A stretch of 60,519 bases of DNA, from positions 1 through 60,519 of the forward strand of contig JAQGDQ010000549.1 in the NCBI GenBank assembly GCA_030141605.1. The letters run 5' to 3'. This document shows positions 53,379-60,519 of this stretch, piece by piece. How positions within the stretch are numbered: the first letter of the stretch is position 1; the number at the start of each line of letters is the position of its first letter. A model generated the notes under the pieces. The model saw only the letters and a list, made by a program, of their open reading frames with translations. It searched no databases and had not been told where the DNA came from. The translations under genes were made by a program, and so were the position numbers. The DNA is from Tubiluchus corallicola (Eukaryota > Animalia > Priapulida).

Positions 53379-54586
53379 TTGTCACCGAGATCCCTAAAAT
53401 TTCTTCTGTCGAGCTGTTAGTTTATTTCCATTCCTGTTAAAGGAAAAACGGGATGATTTTTCAGATTCTATCCCGTTTGAAGATAGGTAAAAAAAGAAGG
53501 ATTTTATCTGATGCAATAATACAAAAATGTTTCTGACAGCTAAATATTGGTCCACCGTCGAGTTCTGGCCGCCATGGTCTTAGCAATCACCCCTGGACGA
53601 TTTGAGCTAGTGCTATCGGTGGGCGGGAGGCCTCGGTTCGAAATCGACATCCTGAAACAGAACTAACAAAGCAAGCAACTGGGAGACATTCAGCAGCTTA
53701 AAACGAACGGTATAAGACCAGACCAAAAGAACTTAGCTTACCTACTAATTATAAAAACTAGATTGTTACTGTTAACTCTACTCACGACCGAAACATACAG
53801 CTGGCTAAACATGGAAAACACAAAATCCAATCTGCCCTTGAGGGCTTACCACTCCCTCATGTTACGTTGAAACATTTGGAAGACAAGTCCTGGGAGGACG
53901 GATACAGGCTTGTCCTGTTTAGCGTTACAAACACCAGCAACCACCGGGCTCAAGGAAACAGTATGCGGCACTTGGATTCACAGACTTGCAGGTGAAAACA
54001 GGTGAGTATTCGAATATAAAACCATTCAGGTATATTTATTTTATGAACCACCGATCAAAGCGAATTACAAGAGACAAAGAAAAACTAGACTTAAAAAAAC
54101 ATTATATATCGGAACAAAGAAACCACATGTAAATTGTATAATGATTCAAACACAGAAAAACAGCATACATTTACTTCAAAAACATAATATTACATGTATT
54201 ACAGTTAGTCAGTAATCTCTAGCTCCCCTTTCTCCAGGCTCGTCAATCTTCTAACCATCTTTCCCATTGTCATCGTAGAAAGAAAAAAGGCTGGACGCTT
54301 AGGAAGTATCCCTTTTTGAACTTTAACACAATGCGGTAAATGTTCAAAAGGCACGCACAATGTCTCGTGGTTGTCAGTTCAATTATGGAAAATCCGAAGC
54401 AACAGCACTACTGCTATTAAGCTTATTACTGGTTGGCCTCAGGGGTCAGTTTTGGGACCACTCTTGTTTCTATTATACATAATGGAGCATGTATAGTCAG
54501 ATAACACAGACCACATTTTATTAAGCTGGCGACCACATATATAGTTGACGTATTTATTTGTGTAACAAACAAAATCTGCAAAAAGA

Positions 54587-55165
<579 letters not shown>

Positions 55166-55626
55166 ACAATCTTTCAAACACAATTTTTCCATAAAAACGC
55201 TCTTTTTTGCTTCTGAATTGTGTAAGGATGAGCTTTCGTGTAAATATTCCTGCCATATGCTTTGACAAGACATCCTCAACACATCTGGTGTGAATTAGGG
55301 AAAACCAATGTAAATATTAACCAACACATTGTGGACAACAAAGACCTCTTCATGTCATCAAACCACACGACTTATGGCGAGTCAGGACCACCTCCTGACA
55401 CATCCAACGATAAACATATCTCACTTTTATGTTGTATCATTTTATTGTCCCCAGAGGGCGCTCGTCAATTAGCCGCTTTTATACATTCATCATTCCACGC
55501 ATAAACAATGTCTATCCTTTTAGTAACAGTATCCATTGCCGTAATCTCCCCCAGCCGTAATCGGATAGCGATGGAAACCGAGCATAAGCGAAAGTTTCCG
55601 AGTGGCATTTGGGAATTTTTGACGAT

Positions 55627-56205
55627 AATGAAACTTACTACCCAGTGAAATAAAACTAATAGAATCTCTTCACCACTTTAAAAAGAAATTGAAAGAATGT
55701 CAATATAACAGGTTTCAACTTCCATATTGTGCATCTGATACTAATTACACAGACTTAACTTTCATCTACCCCCGCCCCTGACTCCATAAAACGATTAAGA
55801 ATGTAAACTTTTTAAAAAAAATTATGTAATGTAATACGTGTTATGTTAGTTTTGTAATGTCAAATATACAAATAGTGTAAATGTAATGAGAGAAACTTAT
55901 GTAATGTAAAGCATGTTAATTGTGTCATGTTAAATGTATATATAATGTAAAATACGTCATGTAAAATTTAATGTGCTTTTGTAATATTGTTTTGTAAAAA
56001 TATTTTACTATGGTGTTTGTAAACATGTTCATTTATTGTGTATAATTAGGGCTTAGTTTTGCACTTTAGTTTTTTTAGTCTGCACTGGACGCATTTGTCT
56101 TGAACAGTGTTGTTATCTTAACATTACGCTGAGGCTTACTCAATTTTATTATGATGAGTGAACAATTTTAATGACAAATAAAGAATTAATATATATAATA
56201 TATAT
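55627..56205 (+). mobile_element. L2/CR1-group LINE 3' fragment (FIYPRP family, subfamily B), copy 2
   Basis: Colinear with 45250-45850. Confidence 0.8.
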
Positions 56206-56320
56206 AAACGCCTTGGACTGATTTGTGCAAAGTAAAGCAATTATTGAAATTTTAGACAAAATTGTTTCAGGCCCACCCGAGATAAGTGAATATCCGCGAA
56301 GTAGGGACACTATACTCATT

Positions 56321-56785
56321 TTAGTAGTCATACATTATTTTAAGTCTTTATAAACCCTCCCCACACTCTTATACATAACCCTTTCCCATTGTAGTAGATA
56401 TACATTATTTTAAGTCTTTATAAACCCTCCCCACACTCTTATACATAACCCTTTCCCATTTTAGTAGTTATACATTATTTTAAGTCTTTATAAACCCTCC
56501 CCACACTCTTATACATAACCCTTTCCCACTTTAGTAGTTATACATTATTTTAAGTCTTTATAAACCCTCCCAACACTCTTATACATAACCCTTTCCCATT
56601 GTAGTAGATATACATTATTTTAAGTATAAACCCTCCCCACACTCTTATACATAACCCTTTCCCACTTTAGTAGTTATACATTATTTTAAGTCTTTATAAA
56701 CCCTCCCCACACTCTTATACATAACCCTTTCCCACTTTAGTAGTTATACATTATTTTAAGTCTTTATAAACCCTCCCCACACTCT
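56321..56785. repeat. 70-bp tandem array, about 6.6 copies
   Basis: TAAG anchor at 56341, 56411, 56481, 56551, 56621, 56687 and 56757; one unit has a 4-bp deletion. Confidence 0.95.
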
Positions 56786-59700
56786 AGTGGGTAGAGTTTT
56801 TGAAGAATTTTGGAGTGTTTTTAATGATGAAATACACTCAAGACCCGATTTAACGGATAGTAAAAAGTTCAATTACTTGTTGGGTTGTTTGAAAGGGAAT
56901 GCATATAGAATAATCAAGACGTACCGTAGAACTGCCAATAACTATCCTGCTGCTGTTGGTCACTTGATGAAACGCTTTGGCGGAAATGATCACATGGTGA
57001 CAAGTTATCTGAAACAACTTGACGACATAGAACCTGTCAAAAACAACGCCAAAGATTTACGAAGGTTTCTTGATGACATAGAGGTCATTATAAGGTCATT
57101 GACTGTGTTAGGTCGTCCAGTCAGTGATCAATACATTGTTTCAGGCATTCTTAAGAAACTTCCCATAACTATGGGTTTTCAGCTTAGAAACCTTTGTCCA
57201 GATGCTACTCCTGGTTCTAATTGGCAATTAGAGAGATTAATAGATACTATGTATCGATATGTGAACAACTTTGAGATTTCTACTAATGAGTGTGGGCTTC
57301 AAAGCCTTAAAGACATTTCAAAGAAACCCATTAGTAGAAACAATCACAGACCAGCATCTGTTCAGATTAAAGAAAGTGTACTTACAGCAGTTGGCAATGA
57401 TGATGACATGGCTTATAACAGTGAGTTGTCTCTCACTACATCTGCAGCTGAAAAATCAAAACATGCTAAAGGTTACAAACCAAAAGGTTCAGAAAGAGTT
57501 AATAGCAATGGTAACAATAAGGACAAGGCAAAGAGATCACAGAATAACCGCATTAAAATGCCTTGTCTATATTGTGACAACCGGAAACACTCTTCAGGCC
57601 TTTGCAACAAGTTTTCCATAGAAGAAAAACTTAAAGTAGTAGAAAAGCGTAAACGTTGCAAAGTCTGTCTTTCTAGTAAACACACTGAGGTTGACTGCAA
57701 ATTTACATGTTTTGTGTGTGGCCAAAAACATCATGTTTCACTTTGCGATAAAGTTGAAAATAACAGAATTGTCAAGACAAAATTAGAACAAAATTTGCTC
57801 AGTGAAACTGTTATGTTTAATTCTGGCACAGAGGTTGAACTTATGCAGACAGTTTTAGTGAGAATGTGCCACTCTGATGTTCCCAATAATCTTAAATCAG
57901 GCATCACAGTTAGAGGTTTGATGGATTCGGGTAGTAATGGCACATACATTACAGAGTCATTAGCAAACCAGTTAAATCTGAAACTGGAAAATCCTAGATA
58001 TGTAAACGTTTCTACATTTGCCCATGATGGGTATGTCCCAGTACGGTGTCATCAAGCAAAGGTTACATTGTTCAGTAAAGACAACCGTACTAAGATGCAC
58101 CTAAACGTACGAGTAATCCCGTTCATTGCGAAGTTCGGAGGGCGTCCCTGTCTTCCATCACATGTACTTTCAAACCTCAAAATGTGGGAGGGCTCCCTAG
58201 CTGACACCCTCCCTAACGGGAATCAGGGAGGTGACGTGCAGTTCTTAATTGGGTGTGGCAATTATCTCAAAATTCTAGGAGCAGAAAAACATGAAGTGTC
58301 ACCCGGCCTCTTCCTGCATGCAAGTCTTTTAGGTTACATACTTGGAGGGGTAGTTGAAGACCCGGACCACCCAGACCTTGTTGCAAACAATGAATCTAAT
58401 ATTTGTTTAGAAAACTCATTATTTTGTTTTCAACCTGGGTTTGATGGCCTTTCCGGGAATTCATCCTTGGATAACACAGAATCACCAAATTGCACTAAAC
58501 CTGAGATAAACCTGATGTGTGCAGATTCTGTATCTGAAAATGTAGAAAACACAGAAAGAAGTTATCAACTCGAGCGTCTTTGGGCCCTCGATTCCTTAGG
58601 AATCATGGACTCTCCCAGTGTCAATGACGATGAGGTAGCGGTTCGCAGATTCGAAAATAGTATCGAATTTAGGAATGGTCGCTACATGGTCGGTTGGCCC
58701 TGGAAGATTAACCATAAGCCTCTCCCAGATAACTACTTTCTAGCATTGGCTCTATTAAAATCACTCATTTTAAAGCTGCATGATCAACCTGACTTACTCA
58801 AATGTTACAACGATAATATTCAGGAACAACTTAAAAGGTCTATCATTGAAGAGGTAACCCCTGATACACAGCCTGGAGCCATTATTCATTACATTCCCCA
58901 TCACTGTGTTATTAGGGAAGATAGGAAGACGACTAAACTACGCACAGTTTACAACGCAAGTGCCAAGACAAAACGCACCAACCCCAGCCTTAATGACTGC
59001 CTCTACCGGGGCCCGGTTATCCTGCCTCAGCTTCTGGGTATTTTATTGCGTTTTAGGCTACATGAAGTTATCATCTTGGCTGATATAGAAAAGGCCTTCC
59101 TAAATGTAGGCCTACTAGAATCTGAAAGAGACTGTACCCGCTTTTTATGGCTCAGAGATCCCTTTAAAATAGATTTTTCGCAAAAAAATCTTATTGTGTT
59201 TAGGTTCACCTCTGTTCCTTTTGGAGCGATTAGCTCTCCATTCCTCTTAGCGGCGACGATTACTCACCATCTCAAAGAGAGCTGTCATCCTCTCTCTAAT
59301 AAAATACTGCAAAACATGTATGTAGATAACCTCATAACAGGGGTCAACACAGTGACCGAAGCTGTTTCATTTTACAATGAAGTGAAAACTCTGTTTTCCC
59401 AAGCAGGCTTCAACTTGAGAGAATGGTTTTCAACCTCGGATACCTTCTTAAGCAAAATTCCGGAATATGATAGAGTCCTCGACAGTAGCACAAAGGTTCT
59501 CGGTCTTTACTTTGACCGAAAGAATGATGTCATAAAACTTGCAAAGGTGGATATCGCATCCTTTGATGCAGCAGACACGAAGAGAAAAGTCTTACACTGT
59601 ACTTCATCGATCTTCGATCCCCTTGGAGTCGTTGGTCCATTGATACTCTCAGCCAAAGTTTTCATTTCATTTCTCTGGAAACAAAAATTACAGTGGGATA

Positions 59701-60519
59701 CTCCGCTTTCTCCCAATAATCTGGAATTATGGCGTGAGGCAGTGCAAATCATGAAATATATACAGGATGTAAGTGTGCCTAGATACATTTCTACCCGTGA
59801 TCCACAGTATGTGCTGATCTGCTTCTCTGATGCATCTCAAAAAGCATATTGCTGCGTACTCTATCTCCGGGTCTGTGATCGAACTTCTTTGGTTACCCAG
59901 TGTAACTTCCTGTTTGCAAAGACGAGGGTGGTACCACCAGACAAATTTTCTGTTCCACGCTCGGAACTTATGGGTGTTCTTATAGGAACACGTGCAATCA
60001 CTTACGCACGAAAACATCTTGACATCCCGATTTTCAAGACTTATCTCTTCACAGACTCTTCTTGTGTTATACATTGGATAAGATCTGAAAAACAGTTATC
60101 AGTCTTTGTTAGAAACAGAGTCAATGAGATAAAGGATTTGCCTGACACAGAAATACGACACATATCATCTCAACTCAACCCAGCTGATCGAGGAACAAAG
60201 GTATTTAATACACCAATAGATACATTCTGGCTGCATGGACCAAGCTTCCTCTTGGAAGATGAAGATGTTTGGCCAACTTCTAGCTCAGTACCGCCTCTTA
60301 CTCCGGAGGAAACCTCACAGGTACTTTCGGAAGTACCCCATAAAAAGGAAGTACTCTTTGAGACTGGGTTTCTTGCTTCCGACATTGTCATATGCAATAG
60401 AGCTGTTGGTAGAGTTATTAACATTAACGACTTTTCTTCCCTGGATCGGCTTTTATTTGTCACTGCATTCCTTTTCAGAGCCATACAGGCCTTCTTGTAT
60501 GGAATGAAATTTCCTATTA
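56760..60519 (+). mobile_element. BEL/Pao LTR retrotransposon Gag-Pol ORF (5'-incomplete, runs off the window end)
   Basis: One frame carries a DUF1759-like Gag segment (FEEFWSVFNDEIHSRPDLTDSKKFNYL), three CCHC knuckles (57564-57746), protease LMDSGS (about 57924), RT motifs ADIEKAF, VPFGAISSPF and YVDN (about 59319), Pao RNase H motifs FSDAS and NPAD, and WLHGPSFL. The ORF track lists no closed ORF in this frame, consistent with no stop; integrase and 3' LTR would lie outside the window. Confidence 0.93.

Noticed and set aside
53762-54007. Coding exon ending at the CAG|GTGAGT donor near 54001
   Set aside because: The longest frame stops at about 53993, the acceptor is weak and the product is not recognisable
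56784-56787. Helitron 3' end (CTAG|T) at the array/BEL junction
   Set aside because: No GC-rich hairpin at the expected distance upstream and no clear 5' TC end
57271-60507. Short listed ORFs inside the BEL region
   Set aside because: They are alternative frames; the real frame is unlisted because it has no stop inside the window

Overview
AT-rich animal (probably invertebrate) genomic DNA, mostly microsatellites, minisatellites, 5'-truncated LINE tails and MITEs. Three coding elements are supported. (1) An intronless 1031-aa ODF2/cenexin-like coiled-coil gene (3437-6532, +) with an RFX X-box-like site upstream and polyA signals downstream. (2) An isolated terminal exon encoding a matrin/U1-type C2H2 zinc finger most like ZMAT3/Wig-1 (32766-33181, +), whose upstream exons I could not find. 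(3) A BEL/Pao Gag-Pol frame (56760 to beyond the window end, +) that appears uninterrupted but has no visible 5' LTR or ATG; a 70-bp tandem array sits there instead. Repeats include fragments of about six LINE families (CR1-like, L2/CR1-like, I-group-like, RTE, RTE-X-like), MITEs with Kolobok-, piggyBac-, hAT- and Harbinger-type ends, and one MITE inside (TA)n. Structural oddities include a TSD-bounded inversion-duplication LINE insertion, a 1.1-kb fold-back with template-switch scars and a 172-bp satellite block. I found no CRISPR array, rRNA or intact tRNA, and I cannot show a new biological system from sequence alone. All family calls come from motif recognition by eye, not database searches.
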